From NCBI GenBank assembly GCA_964106645.2, contig OZ067038.1: 64,000 nt of DNA, one strand, 5' to 3'. The notes beneath the pieces were generated by a model. It was not told the DNA's origin. It searched no databases and worked only from the letters and a program-made list of their open reading frames with translations. This document shows positions 23,681-36,076 of the stretch, one piece after another (position 1 is the first letter of the stretch; each line of letters starts with the position of its first letter). The translations under genes were made by a program, and so were the position numbers. The DNA comes from Podarcis pityusensis (Eukaryota).

Positions 23681-26669
23681 GGGATATCCCATAGTTGGAA
23701 TTCTGCCCATGGTTAGACTGGATTCAACCCATAGAGGTGTTTTTTTTTTTTTTTTTTAAGACTCAATGGGCATTTACTTATGAAACCCTCGTTTACAGCA
23801 AGTCAGGATCTTTTAAAATACCAATTTCAATATCTTGGCTTCTTGTTTACTATCTTGTACAGAAGACGGCTGAAAGACGTAGAATTGGAAACATGTTAGC
23901 ATTTGGTACATCCAAACCAAAATATCTCTGTTGTAAAAAAGCATGTGTGTAATAACTTCAGCTTTGAAATATTACATCCAAAAGATAGCCTTGTCCGGCA
24001 CAAAAGTGGTACTTGTGACACTGCTTCTGGGCAGTAGATGTTACACGACAGTAACATTCTATTTTTGCCTCCGGAATGAGCAATATTTTAAAACCTGATT
24101 GCATTTCATATAGCAAGGTTTTCGTTTTTATAAACTGATGATCAACTTTTCACTTAATCATCCAAGAAAAAGCAGTTTCCACTTTTCTTCTGTTCCACAT
24201 CCTTGATTGAACTGAGTTTGTTTATTCTTGGTCTGTGATCATTTGGATCTCTTCTGAAAGTAATCTCAAGTTGAGATGAGAACTTATTCATGCCAGTCAA
24301 GAGAGTTTGGGGATCATTCACCAATGTGCACTTGGATGGATTGCCATTAAGACAATGAAACATTCTGCAAGGTGTTCATGCAGACCCATGCTGAAGTCAT
24401 GCTCTAACACAAAGGAAGGGGTTTTTTTAGCATAAAGAATGACAGCTCTGGCTGCCATAAGATGTTGTTCTGAATCTAGGCATGCAACCCATAGTTTTAG
24501 CTGTGTTTGTTTCTGTTTGCCTTAATATCTTGCTGCCTTTTAGCTTTTCTATTTTCAGGACTCTTTGAGTTTGCATAATTGTGCTTTAAAAATTATGTTC
24601 TGCAGTTTATTTTTATGTAAACCACCCTTGGTTTGTTGGTTTGTTTTTTGACAGACAATATTAAAAAAAAACCCTGTAATATATACAATAAATAATATTC
24701 TATATATCACTGCACTCAGGAGCTGCACAACTAGGATAAAATGTACCTATTTGCAGGGGGGAAGGCATGGGAATAGTTCCCCAAGATGTTCAGAAGCCAA
24801 TCTGCAAAAATATTCAGTTTTCTCTGGTTCTCTGACTCCTGCATTCCAATTTGTCTTGTTCCTCTTAGTTTTCCTTTGTTGATAAAAGCCCCATTACATT
24901 TCTGCACACTCTGTGACTGCAAGAACAGCACGGAATATTCATTCTGAAAATGATAACTAAAAGAAAGGAAAGCCCATTGCTGAGGAGTACTTAAAAGGAA
25001 CTTGCAAGGCTATTAGACAACCCTATTAGACAACCCTAGGAGTTTCCCAAGGGTAGCATTCTGTCAGGACCAACAGCGTTGCTACAGAAGACAATGGGAG
25101 GAAATCTTGCTTGCCTCAGCCCACTGGGCATGCATCCGTTGCTTGCACGCAACAAGGGCTTAGTAAAGGCAGAGATAAGAAAGGACCAGGAAAAGGACAG
25201 AAAACACTGACCAGAACTCAAGACATGTTTGATATAGGTGTGGCAGTCCATGCAGACCTCCTAAAAACCCCTAGAAGAGCAGCAGGTGTGAGCTTGTGGT
25301 CCCAAGAAGAGAATTGTTGGCAAATGCAGCCATAGGGCAGGAATGAAGCAGGGGGCGTGTAGAAAGTTTTGATGCAGCTCAGTAAGCCACAGGATGCTGA
25401 GATGTAGGCAAGAAGACCCTGCAAGAATCTGGAAAGCAGTACCGTTTCAGTTTTCACCCAGAGTGTCAAAGGCTGGTCCTTTTCATTATGCACAGATTTG
25501 AAACAATTTCTCTTCTGTGATGTTCCTCCCATCACATCCTCGTAAGCCTATTATTTTTCCCTGAAGGCTTTTCTGAGCCATGCTTCACCATTTGATTGCA
25601 CACAGCATTTTTAAAAATGGAGAGGGTTTCTTTTCTTCTCCATAAAATGGACCAACTGTTGTATGCCTTTTTTTAAGAGACGAGAGATTCTTCATAGTCA
25701 ACTCTCCGAGGTGCTGAAGAGACTCACCTACTGGTGGAGAAGGTGGATGGTAAAACAAAGAACTGCAACCCTGGAGCTATCCATGCATTATTCATCCCTT
25801 TCCTAGCACTTTTTTGGTGTGCAAAGTGTTTTATAGTAAGTAGCTCATTCATAAATCATGGCTTACTACTAGATTTCAATCACACATGTACTTTCTCCTC
25901 AGACTGGCTAACACAGAACAAGAAAACCTAGGGATTTCTAAGGGAATGTGCTCTGAAAAAGCATCAGGCCAACTCTTTTCTAATGAAAAAAGAAATATTG
26001 GGAACAATGTGGTGACAATGTAGGGAATGAGCTATAAAGCAGGAACAGAATTGATTAGTAAAAGAGTGTACTTTTTCACCACGAGGCTCAATTTAATTTC
26101 TTAGAGTGGTGACGGGAGGGAGGTCTTCTTGGAAAAAGCTCCCATTTGGAGCACAGTTATTCAGTCAATTTATTTCATGCAGAGGAGGGTTTGTGGTCCG
26201 TCCCCCCCTCTGCACACGATCCTTCCAAACAGAGCCTGCATACTCCTTGACAGCCCAGGTTCCATTTCCAAAAAATGCAAATGAAAGCCAGAAACTTATA
26301 CAGAAATGCTCTTTTTCCATGTCTTTAAAAGATAACGGTGCTCCAGCAGAAGAAATAATCGCCAAAGCCAAAGATAGTAGTATTAAATAGTAACAATAGT
26401 TTTTATTTTAAATCTAGCCTTATTTCATTTCGTTTTTAATTTTCTTTATTATATTTTTTTATCTCATTCTTCCAAAGAGTCTAGTGCGGCATAAATGGCC
26501 TTTTATCATCAAAATAACCCTTCAAAGAAAGGTTAGTCTGAAAGATAGCAAATGTGTCATGTGTGACAGCCTTATTGTTTTCATGGGGTTCTCTGATATT
26601 TTCTCAACCACCTTGGAATCTATCAATGAGAGAAATGAAAATATTTAAATTGTAAGTCGAAGATGATGA

Positions 26670-27290
26670 TAATCATTATTTTATCTATACCCTGCCCATC
26701 TGGCTGGGTTTCCCCAGCCACTCTGGAAGGCTTACAACATATCATACAACTGAGGTCCAGTGCCGAGGGCCTTCTGGCGGTTCCCTCACTGCGAGAAGCA
26801 AAGTTACAGGGAACCAGGCAGAGGGCCTTCTCGGTGGTGGCGCCCACCCTGCAGAACATGCTCCCTTCAGATGTCAAAGAAATAAACAACTATCTGATGT
26901 TTAGAAGACATCTGAAGGCAGCCCTGTTTAGGGAAGTTTTTAATGACTGATGTTTTAATGCATTTTTAATCTCTTGTTGGAAGCTGCCCAGAGTGGCTGA
27001 GGAAACCCAGCCAGATGAGCGGGGTATAAGTAATAAATTATTATTATTGTCATCATCATCATCATCAAACAGAATAAAAACATCAATCCTTAAAAACTTC
27101 CCTAAACAGGGCTGCCTTCAGATGTCTTCTAAAAGTCAGATAGTTTTTTATTTCCTTGACATCTAAAGAGAGCATGTTCCAAAGGGTGGGAGTCACTACC
27201 GAGAAGGCCCTCTGCCTGGTTCCCTGCAACTTCGCTTCTTGCAGTGAGGGAACCAGCAGAAGACCCTCAGTGTCTGGGCTGAGTGATGGG
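26670..27290. mobile_element. Two L2 3' ends of one family: a + copy (26750-27050) inserted into a - copy (26670-26740 and 27066-27290)
   Basis: ORFs 26663..26950 (+) and 27083..27529 (-) both end ...FRRHLKAALFREVF. Confidence 0.85.
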
Positions 27291-27376
27291 GGTGCAGATT
27301 TTCTTTTGCCATGTTGCAAAGAGGCAGATTGAAGGTGCTGTCCAAAGTGGTAGGAAAGTAATGGCCCGCTTTGGAT

Positions 27377-27645
27377 GAAGAGGAAGAAGAAGAAGAGTTT
27401 GGATTTGATATCCCGCCTTTCACTCCCTTTAAGGAGTCTCAAAGCGGCTAACATTCTCCTTTCCCTTCCTCCCCACTTCCTCCCCCACAACAAACACTCT
27501 GTGGGATGAGTGGGACTGAGAGACTTCAAAGAAGTGTGACTGGCCCAAGGTCACCCAGCAGCTGCATGTGGAGGAGCGGAGACGCAAACCCGGTTCCCCA
27601 GATTAGGAGTCTACCGCTCTTAACCACTACACCACACTGGCTCTC
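27377..27645 (-). mobile_element. tRNA-derived SINE (Squam3-like)
   Basis: Reverse copy, (GAA)n at left. Confidence 0.85.
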
Positions 27646-27789
27646 AACACTAAGTTTGTTTATTGTAAGTATTTTTATACTACTCTTCAATCATATTCCC
27701 AAGGAGGTATAATATGATCTAGCATTAGATGAACAAGAAGAGGAGAGCCTTGTCTTGTCTCTGGTGCAGCAGCAAGGAAGAGGTTGGAA

Positions 27790-28660
27790 CTATCTGCATC
27801 AATACTGGAGGAAGCCTTAGCTGTTTTAAACTATGATTAGTGAACAAGTCAGGACTGAATTCTAGGAAGATGAAGGCTTTCTGGATAGGTGGTTCCTGTG
27901 TCCATAAAACAAGCCAACTGCCTGTTCTGGAAGAAGTTGCATTCCCTCTGAAGAAGCAGGTACATAGCTTGGGGGTAATCCTGTATACGCAAGTGACCTC
28001 TGTGGCTTGGAGTGCCTTCTACCAACTCCATCTGGTATGCCAGCTATGGCTGTATCTGGATCAGGAAAGCTTGGGCACTGTGGTCCATGCAATAGTTATA
28101 TCAAGGATGGACTACTGCAATGTTTGCTATGTGGAGGTGCCCATGGACCTGACCTGGAAGCTCCAACCAGTGCAGAATGCAGCACCCAGACTGCTGATGA
28201 AGGCAGATGGGTGACAGCATCAGGTTCAAGGTTCTTGCATTAATATACAAGGCCCTGAGCAACTTGGGTCCCAGACAACGCAAGGACCACCTGGGCCCTT
28301 CTATTCCAGCTCAATCACTGAGATCCTCTGGAAGAGCACTGCTCATTGTTCCCTGGGTATCAGAGGCCCAACTAGCTTTAACTAGAGGTTGGGCACTTAG
28401 TGTCACTGGTCCCATGCTGTGGAATACTCTCCCAGCGGAGATAAGGCATGCATCCTTGCTCCTTGGGAGGAATTCAGCAGTACACTAATATCGCAGATAC
28501 TTATTGAGGGATTTTTAAGGCCTATTCAGCTGTTTAAACTATTTAGATTAGCCAGTCATTTTTATGATTCTTCTGCGTGCTTTCTGTGGATCTTGATGTA
28601 CAGTACCCTGGTGTTCTGTATGAGGGGCAGTCTATAAATGCTTTTCTAAATATAAATAAG
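27790..28660 (+). mobile_element. Older L2-clade LINE fragment
   Basis: Degenerate ORF2: ISRMDYCN, QNAAPRLL, FKVLALIYKAL, LWNTLP. Confidence 0.8.
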
Positions 28661-29784
28661 TAAAATGAAGCACAGTTAAATATGGGGAGCAGGTTTAACA
28701 TTGGGAGCACCATCCCCGCGCCCAGAAGAGGTTAGAGGTAATTATAAACTCTGCCTTAAGCTGTTTGCTACTATCTGTATTGCAAAGCATCCTTTCTGCA
28801 ATGAATGACCAAACAGAGAAGTTAACTGCAGTTGGTATCCCACCCTTGCAGTGTTCATCTTTAATCTAACTGTGCCCTCTACTGGCCTGAAAAGAACTCC
28901 GAAGAGGGCAGGAACTAACAGCTAAAAAGAAAAATACGTGTGATTATTCCTCCAAACAATGAAATAGCTCTCAAGGACTGTTTAGCATACAATAGGACTC
29001 AGAGCTCTACTGACTACTGATTTTTAAAACTCTACAATACCATAAACACTGGTTGCCACTTGAGCTTATTCGTTTTAGCCAATAATTCCCATTCTCTGCC
29101 TCCTCAGCAGGAGATTAATTGTGAGTGCCGGCCTCTCCTTGGAACACACTAAAATAAAATGAATGTTCTATATATCTGAACTTACCAATCTGCATTTTAA
29201 AAGAGGAGGCTGAGGACCAGTTCAAGAGAGCACTTTAGTGCAGCTTTGAAATGAAACAGCGTCGCTGCAAATCATTGCCTGGTACATTTGACAAATTATT
29301 AAGCTCTTTGTTGTCTAGAAATTGAACTTTGGGGCAATTGTGATTAGGATGTTTGTAGCCCACAGGCTGTGATGCAAGAAGTGGCCACACCCTTGATACA
29401 ATGAGAATGACTTTGCTGCCGCTGACTTTGCACTTCTGATTTCAGAGAGGGGCTGGACAGTGCTGGCTAACTGCTATGAGGGAACTGTAGAGACCACGGT
29501 GAATAACTTTGCCAAATCAAAACTATATTGCCAACAGACCACCAGCTTTTAAAGGTACAAATCACCTGAATGTGCTCCAGAACCTTAATACGATTACCAT
29601 TGGCCATAGACAACCATACTTCTTCCCCAGCATGTCTTGTCTGTTTAGCTTGCAAGCCCGACTGCAGAACCTGTCTCTCTCTGTCACTGATGGGAGCCAA
29701 CGCAGGGGACCATAACTCAGAAGAGTGGCATAAAAACTCAGCAAATGAATTTAAACATTTATAAGCGCATACACACACAAGGAG

Positions 29785-30127
29785 GGGATGCGGGTCGCAC
29801 TGTGGGTTAAACCACAGAGCCTAGGACTTGCCGATCAGAAGGTTGGCGGTTCAAATCCCCGTGACGGGGTGAGCTCCCGTTGCTCAGTCCCAGCTCCTGC
29901 TAACCTAGCAGTTTGAAAGCATGTCAAGTGCAAGTAGATAAATAGGTACCCTCTGGCGGGAAGGTAAACGGCATTTCTGTGCGCTGCTTTGGTTCACCAG
30001 AAGCGGCTTAGTCATGCTGGCCACATGACCCAGAAGCTGACTGCAGACAAACGCCAGCTCCCTCGGCCTATAGAGCGAGATGAGCGCCACAACCCCAGAG
30101 TCGGTCACGACTGGACCTGATGGCTTT
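29785..30127 (+). mobile_element. Sauria SINE
   Basis: Same family; flanked by ACACACACAA. Confidence 0.88.
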
Positions 30128-30390
30128 ACACACACACAAAGTAGAACATCCACCCTCAGTAGACCCTGACACAACAGCCAATTAGTTGGAACAAAAAAGT
30201 ATTTACCTACTGACAAAAAGTATAGCAAAGAGGAGGCCAGCTTAGCCTCATACTAGAATGAGTTCCACAATCTGGCAGCAGCCACCAAGAACTCCCTATC
30301 TTGCATCCTGACCAAATGTGCTTGTGAGGTGGTAGGGCCAAGAGAAAGGTCTGCCCAGAAGATCTCAAAGCCCAGGCAGGCTCATAGATA

Positions 30391-30643
30391 AGAGAAGAAG
30401 AGAAAAAGAGTTTGGATTTGATATCCTACTTTATCACTACCCTAAGGAGTCTCAAAGCGGCTAACAATCTCCTTTCCCTTCCTCCCCCACAACAAACACT
30501 CTGTGAGGTGAGTGAGGCTGAGAGACTTCAGAGAAGTGTGACTGGCCCAAGGTCACCCAGCAGCTGCATGTGGAGGAGCGGGGAATCGAACCCGGTTCAC
30601 CAGATTACTAGTCCACTGCTCTTAACCACTAAACCACACTGGC
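30391..30643 (-). mobile_element. tRNA-derived SINE (Squam3-like) inside an old L2 fragment
   Basis: Reverse copy of the same family. Confidence 0.85.
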
Positions 30644-33219
30644 ATAGTCCTTCAGGTAGCCTGGACTCAAGACATACAATAAAATAAATGCTTCTGTGTT
30701 TATACCAAGTAGATGGTGTTCATGGTTTCTAGTCTCACTGTTATCTCCTCTAGTTAATTGAAAAGCCGTGCAAGAAAGCAAAGTCTCACGTCAGTCAAAG
30801 AAAAAGTGGTGCGTACATATATCCCTTTGTGACAACCTAAGTACTTTTGCAAAAGCTAGAAATGAGGCAAAACACAGATTATTCACCCGCTGATGTAAAG
30901 AGCTAGAATTAGCAGCAGGAGGACACCACATAAGCTTTCCACTAAAACCTTATAATGCAAAGCAAGCGTCATTACAGCAAACCTAAGAAACGTCTAAGAA
31001 CTTAAATTATAAGGCTGACATGAGTAGTCATTTGTATCCATTCAAAGAAAGGAGTTTTTGGAAAATTATAAGTCTCGGAATAAGTCTCAGAAAGTCAGAG
31101 GCAAATTAGAAATTTTGTATGACACAGGGGGGCTCACCTCTTCTTTAATAATTCGTTTTGTTCTAGGATTTGAGGCTCAGTTGTTTCAACACAAAAGTGG
31201 ATGGAGGGGTTGTTACAGCTGCCTATGCAGTACAGTGCAAGGATATGGAGTCTGGAAAAAGCCACTGAAATAGCAAAGGGAACGTTGGCTGCAGGTGGGA
31301 GCAATGAACAACAACTGTTCTAGCCAACTTTGTACAGTGAGATCTGTGGAAAGGGAACAGTTATGGGGAGCAATTCAGGATAGCCTCTCAGGATGGTCTG
31401 CATGCAGCATGTTAAGGACTAAACCAGGACATTTCTAATTAAAGGATCTCAGATATCAGGGATGGAACAGATGAACCGTATGAAAAAGATCTCAACTTAA
31501 GACCTTGGAGAGTTGCTGCCAAATCAGAGCAGACATTACTGGGCTGGATGTCTGACAGTAGGCATGACAGCTGCAGCGCTTGGGAATCATGTCCCTACAA
31601 ATTCAAATTCAGAACAGGCAAAAAGTAGTTCTTCTTCTTCACACAGTGCATAGTTAAATCATGGAATTTGCTATCACAAGATGTAGTAATGGCCACCAAC
31701 TTGTGAGGCTTAAAAAGAGGACTAGACAAATACATGGAATCAGGTTATCAACAGCTACTTGCCTTGATAGCCGTACAGTACATTACCTGCAGCATCAGGG
31801 ATAGTATGTCTATGAAAACCAACTGCTAGGAGTCATAAGTGGGGAGTGTAATATTGCACTCATGTCCTGCCTGTGGGCATCTGGTTGTTATCTGTGAGTA
31901 CTGAATGTCTGATTAGAGGTCTTTGGCCTAATACAGCAGGCTCTTTATGTAAAATCATATCCTATGCCTGTGCTCTGATCCCACTTTTTCTTGTATTAAT
32001 CAGTAGTGATAAACCTAAACTCCAGGGAAGCCTCAAGATCCCATCACTGGCTCTACTCCACTTGCCTAAAATATATATATTGCAGTCTTAGCTATTTCAG
32101 CTTATGCCCTCTCTTGCACCAGGTTGCCAGACAAGGTAATTTTAAGCCACAAAATCGATTACATGGAAAGTCCGTAATGGAAAATTCCTAAAATTATCAC
32201 CTGTTGATTTCTCCTTATAGGACTCCCTTCATTTCTCCTTTTGTTTCCCTGCAGCACATATCAAAATGTTATTGGGAGAGCTGAGGTTATCCTTCATTTT
32301 TTTCACCCCTCAGCCCTTTCCTATCAGTAAACAGGGCAATTACAGCAAGTGGCTCCAATTTACTTGGGAGAACCAGGACAGGGACATAGAAACCCTTGCC
32401 TCTTCAACCTACTATTTCCTTGCAGGTGGCAGTAAGAAACACATGCACCTGGATTCCCCGTCTTAAAGAGCAAATGACAGCTTTGGATTTATTTTTTTAT
32501 TTTTTGCAAGCAACGGGGGCACCGTCTACTACACACACAAGCTGGCTCCTCTTGTGTGGGTGTTCCGGTCTACCATTACCACCTGCCAATTAGCCACTAC
32601 CATACCTGGGGAAATAAGTATTTGAAGGCGCCCTCATATAGCCAACCAGAGGCCAGATCAGAGGGCAAGGAGGGACTTTAGTGTGCCATGTTGCGCCTGC
32701 TGACATCAGCAGCATCACAGGGGCTATATTTAGATTCCTTTGAATCTAAATATAGATCTCCTTGGTCTCCTGCAAGAGCACTGAGAATTCTGCTGCTCCC
32801 ATTTTCCCACAACTAAGAAGGTAGAAGGGGGGGGGGGAATCCTCTAGTTTTTTAAAGGAACAATGCACCAGCTCCATCTACAGTTTCTCTCTGACTTACT
32901 AGAACTAGTGTCAGAATTCAGCAGAGTATGCACTTTCCCCCACCCTCTCAACTTGCAGAAATCCAATTTCACAGACAGTACAGAAGTCCATAATTTCCAC
33001 CAGCACATAACCTCTGTCAGAGTAAATGCAGACTGCACTGCATAACAGACAGGTGCCTACACAATTCAACATGAATCTGCCAGTTCCACAGAAAAAAAGG
33101 CTCACAGGGACACACTAGAGACTTTGAAATTGATTAGATTCCCACCTCTTTTCCTATGAGGGGAAAATGCTAATTTTCCATCAAAAAGACACAAACACAT
33201 TCACTCTGCAATATATTAC

Positions 33220-33879
33220 CTTGACAGTTTTATCCATAGATGCAGAGAGCAACATGTGGCTCCACTTCTGCACAGGGCACCACTGGACCACATTAACTGG
33301 ACCGCTGTGATCAGACATCTGAAATACCAGTTTCCTAGGAATTTCAGTTATCCCATACTTAGAACCTATGTATGGCATAATATATTGGGAAGTATTAAAG
33401 GACATCTGTTCTCCTGCTGTATCAAGTTTGGCTGCACAACTTGTGCTCTGGCCACTGTCTTCAGCTTCACAAAGAAGTGAATTTTTTTCCTGCCGCAGTC
33501 TTTTAGGGATATATGGTCTCAGCCCTTGTATAGTAACTTCGCTGTAATCACAGGGCCTCTTCTGAGAGCAACTCTCATTTGCAGAAAATAGTCTAGGTGT
33601 ATCAGGCTGTAATTTCTTAAGAAGTGTGGTTGCCATATAGTTTTTATTAGGTTTTAGGTGCCGGAGAAGAGTATCTTCATGAAACATGTTACTCCTGGAA
33701 CTGTCAATGTATTCCACAGGTTGGAATGTGCTATCAGAAATTTTGACTGTCCCATCACAAGACTGAGCAGCAGTCATAGCAGAATTTGTAACATTTATTC
33801 CACTGGCAGTGGCATCTTCAGATTTCCCATCCTCTCTCTCAGAGTCTGAATCTTCGTAAGCAACAAGTGAGGGATTCAT
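33220..33879 (-). CDS. WDR25: WD repeat-containing protein 25, first coding exon (220 codons, MNPSLVAYEDSDSE...HSGPVNVVQWCPVQKWSHMLLSASMDKTVK)
   Basis: SLVAY(D/E)DSDSE N-terminus, PYIPKRLRQ and the first WD40 repeat match WDR25 as recalled. Donor AAG|gtaata at 33220/33219; acceptor tgtag| at 33957/33956. Head-to-head synteny with WARS1 as in mammals. Later exons are not in the window. Confidence 0.93.
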
Positions 33880-35473
33880 CAAGTCAGCTGCAACAGAATC
33901 CTCTAAATTTTCCCTTTAGATCTTCATAAACAGTGAAAAGCTTCTGCGATGAAAATCTACAAATTTAAGGAAATTCACTTTAAATAACTCATTTTTCAGT
34001 CAAAGAAACATAGCATACTTTCATACTTACAAACATTACACCAGGGTGGTTTGTGACCCTCCACAGAGTAACCGTTACTATGTTCATAATTAAATATTTA
34101 ATTAAGTTAACACATTCCAGTTTACATTAACAGCCTGAAAATAACCTGGTATACCAGGGCCATCCCAAGACAATTCCAGTAATTTGAATATTTTTACTCA
34201 AAAGCAAACATTTACTGAGAAAGTACTGAATCAGAGAGCCAGCTAGCTTTAGTGTTCAAATGGCTCGTCTCAGCAGCAAACCTGTATCATAACGAGCAAG
34301 GGAATGTATGCGTGCTCCCCACTACATTTGGTTTTCTGAAAAAGCAAGTGCAGGGACCAACCATCACTGAAACATAATAAAACAGATGGATAAATAAAAA
34401 AATAAATAAAACAGATGCATTTAATTGACTCTTTGCTCAATGAATTGGCAGTGGGCTCAAGACTATGTGTGACCATTTGTTTTTTAACTTATCATTAATA
34501 ATGTATCAATTATGAACAGTTAAGTGAATGGAGAACCTGCTGCTGCTAAAATTAAGCATCACCCTGCTGCAGCACGTTATTCTTTTTTACAGCTGAACCT
34601 TTCAAGGGCAGCTCTTAACAATTCCATACATAAACACTGAATGAAACTGAATTATGACAAGAAATATGTATCTGTTGGAAGCCAGGGACACTTTTTTAAA
34701 AAAACAACTGCAAAACAGCAGCATCCAAGGGTCAAAAAACCACTTCTGCGGAACTGGCACATTCTCTAAAATGTTGTGGAAAGCTTAGCTTTCAAAGCAC
34801 ACGTTTTCCTGTTACCTAGCGACTGTAGATAATTCTGTTATCAATATGCCACCACCATGAAGAAGGAAAACTTGAGTGTGGCATGCAAATACCTTTCCCC
34901 CTACCCCACGCCGGAATGTATAAAACTAGCAGAATTGTTAAATCTATATCAAAACCTGTGTTTGCCAGTAAACCCCAAAAAACACAAACAAACATACATA
35001 CACTTTGGGGGAGGGGACTGTGCGCCTGTATTACAAGGTAGCCATATAGGAAGGCTTTCTACAACTATATTAAGCTTAGCTACAGTAACAAGAGTTGTGA
35101 AACAGGGGCGCTTCGAGCACGTACTTTGCATAAAAAACCTCCTTTCCCCCGCTTCAAAGCGGCCCGAGTGCCACGCGAAGCAGCTCCGCCTGTACTGCCT
35201 GCAGCCAACGTCTGCCAAGAACGGACCCGGACCTGTTTCCATGCACGGGGGGACCCCTTTCACGGCAACACCGCCCTCACGCAGCCTCCCTCCGCGCTGC
35301 TTGCCGCTCGGCTTCGCAGCGTGGGCAGGTGCCTCCCGCTGAAACGGTTCCCCCAGGAAACTCGACCCGGCGTCGAACGGTCCGGGGCCCCCCGGTACCC
35401 CCTTCACCGACGTCCTTCGTTCTGTGTTTTTGTTTGTTTGCTCGCCCCCTTCGGCTTACGGCGCGGCTCTCAC

Positions 35474-35560
35474 CGAAGACCTCGCCTCCTCCCTTTCGCA
35501 GTTCTGGGCATGGGCCTAGCTGTCCTCTCTCGCTCCTCTTCACCGGTGGTTCCGGGCTCA
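35474..35560 (-). other. WDR25: Probable non-coding exon 1 of WDR25 (start approximate)
   Basis: Minus-strand donor TCG|GTGAGA at 35474/35473 inside the CpG island. Confidence 0.5.
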
Positions 35561-35568
35561 GGTGCGTG

Positions 35569-35576
35569 TTTCCCGC
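35569..35576 (+). promoter_or_regulatory. E2F site TTTCCCGC
   Basis: Consensus match in the core of the bidirectional promoter. Confidence 0.45.
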
Positions 35577-35599
35577 CCGGACGGCGATGAGCGACGCAC

Positions 35600-35668
35600 T
35601 TGGCTGATGCAAAGGGGAGTCGCGGCTTCTTCCAGAGGCGCTGACAGAAGCGGCTGTCTCCTGAGCAG
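35600..35668 (+). other. WARS1: Probable non-coding exon 1 of WARS1 (start approximate)
   Basis: Strong donor CAG|GTGAGG at 35668/35669 at the edge of the CpG island. Confidence 0.65.
35605..35613 (+). promoter_or_regulatory. C/EBP-ATF response element (CARE/AARE, ATF4 site) TGATGCAAA
   Basis: Exact match to TGATGxAAx at the WARS1 start region; aminoacyl-tRNA synthetase genes are established ATF4 targets. Confidence 0.65.
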
Positions 35669-35994
35669 GTGAGGAGCCGGGGGGGGGGGGGAGAGGCGAG
35701 TAGTCGGGGGAGAGGCGCCCCTGCAGCCCACCCTTTGAGCGGGAGGTCTTTGGGCGGGGGAAGAAGACCGTGAGGGTCCGACCCGTCGCCCAACTGGCCC
35801 ATTATTCTCCTCTCATGTAGTCCCCCCCCAAAAAAGACAGGGGCGGTCCAAGGCATAGCTCAGGGCTCCACTCTCTTGGGGGCCCCCCCCAAAAAAAAAT
35901 TAAAGGAAAAAAACCCTGGATGTACATTTCCAAAATACAAGATTAAAAAAATAAAACAAAACCTACATACAGCAATAGTGATTTGTGTTGTGTA

Positions 35995-36076
35995 CATAGC
36001 TGTCAACGTTTCCCTTTTTTTAAGGGAAATTCCGAATAGGATTCCTCGCAAGAAAAGGGAAAAGTTGACAGCTATG
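35995..36076. mobile_element. 82-bp hAT-type MITE
   Basis: TIR CATAGCTGTCAAC.TTTCCCTTTT; perfect 8-bp TSD GTTGTGTA. Confidence 0.88.

Larger units (their letters stand above)
35100..35800. promoter_or_regulatory. CpG island / bidirectional promoter shared by WARS1 and WDR25
   Basis: Densest non-repeat CpG-rich stretch, between two divergent genes, with opposed splice donors about 195 bp apart. Confidence 0.88.

Noticed and set aside
25062-25536. Possible solo LTR (TGTCAGG...CATCACA)
   Set aside because: No matching TSD and no second copy.
1-33219. Further WDR25 coding exons
   Set aside because: No frame resembling the expected next peptide (VWNAVDSG...) was found; the mammalian intron here is very long, so exon 3 is probably left of the window.
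33880-33882. ORF-track start of the 233-aa minus ORF and its tail to 33181
   Set aside because: 33882 is a TTG; the ATG is at 33879, and the exon ends at the donor at 33220.
33991-34258. snoRNA interpretation of the duplicated segment
   Set aside because: No clear C/D or H/ACA boxes, and one copy would be antisense to its host.
34857-35856. Cluster of overlapping 90-160 aa ORFs
   Set aside because: Stop-codon scarcity in a GC-rich CpG island; no homology or splice logic.
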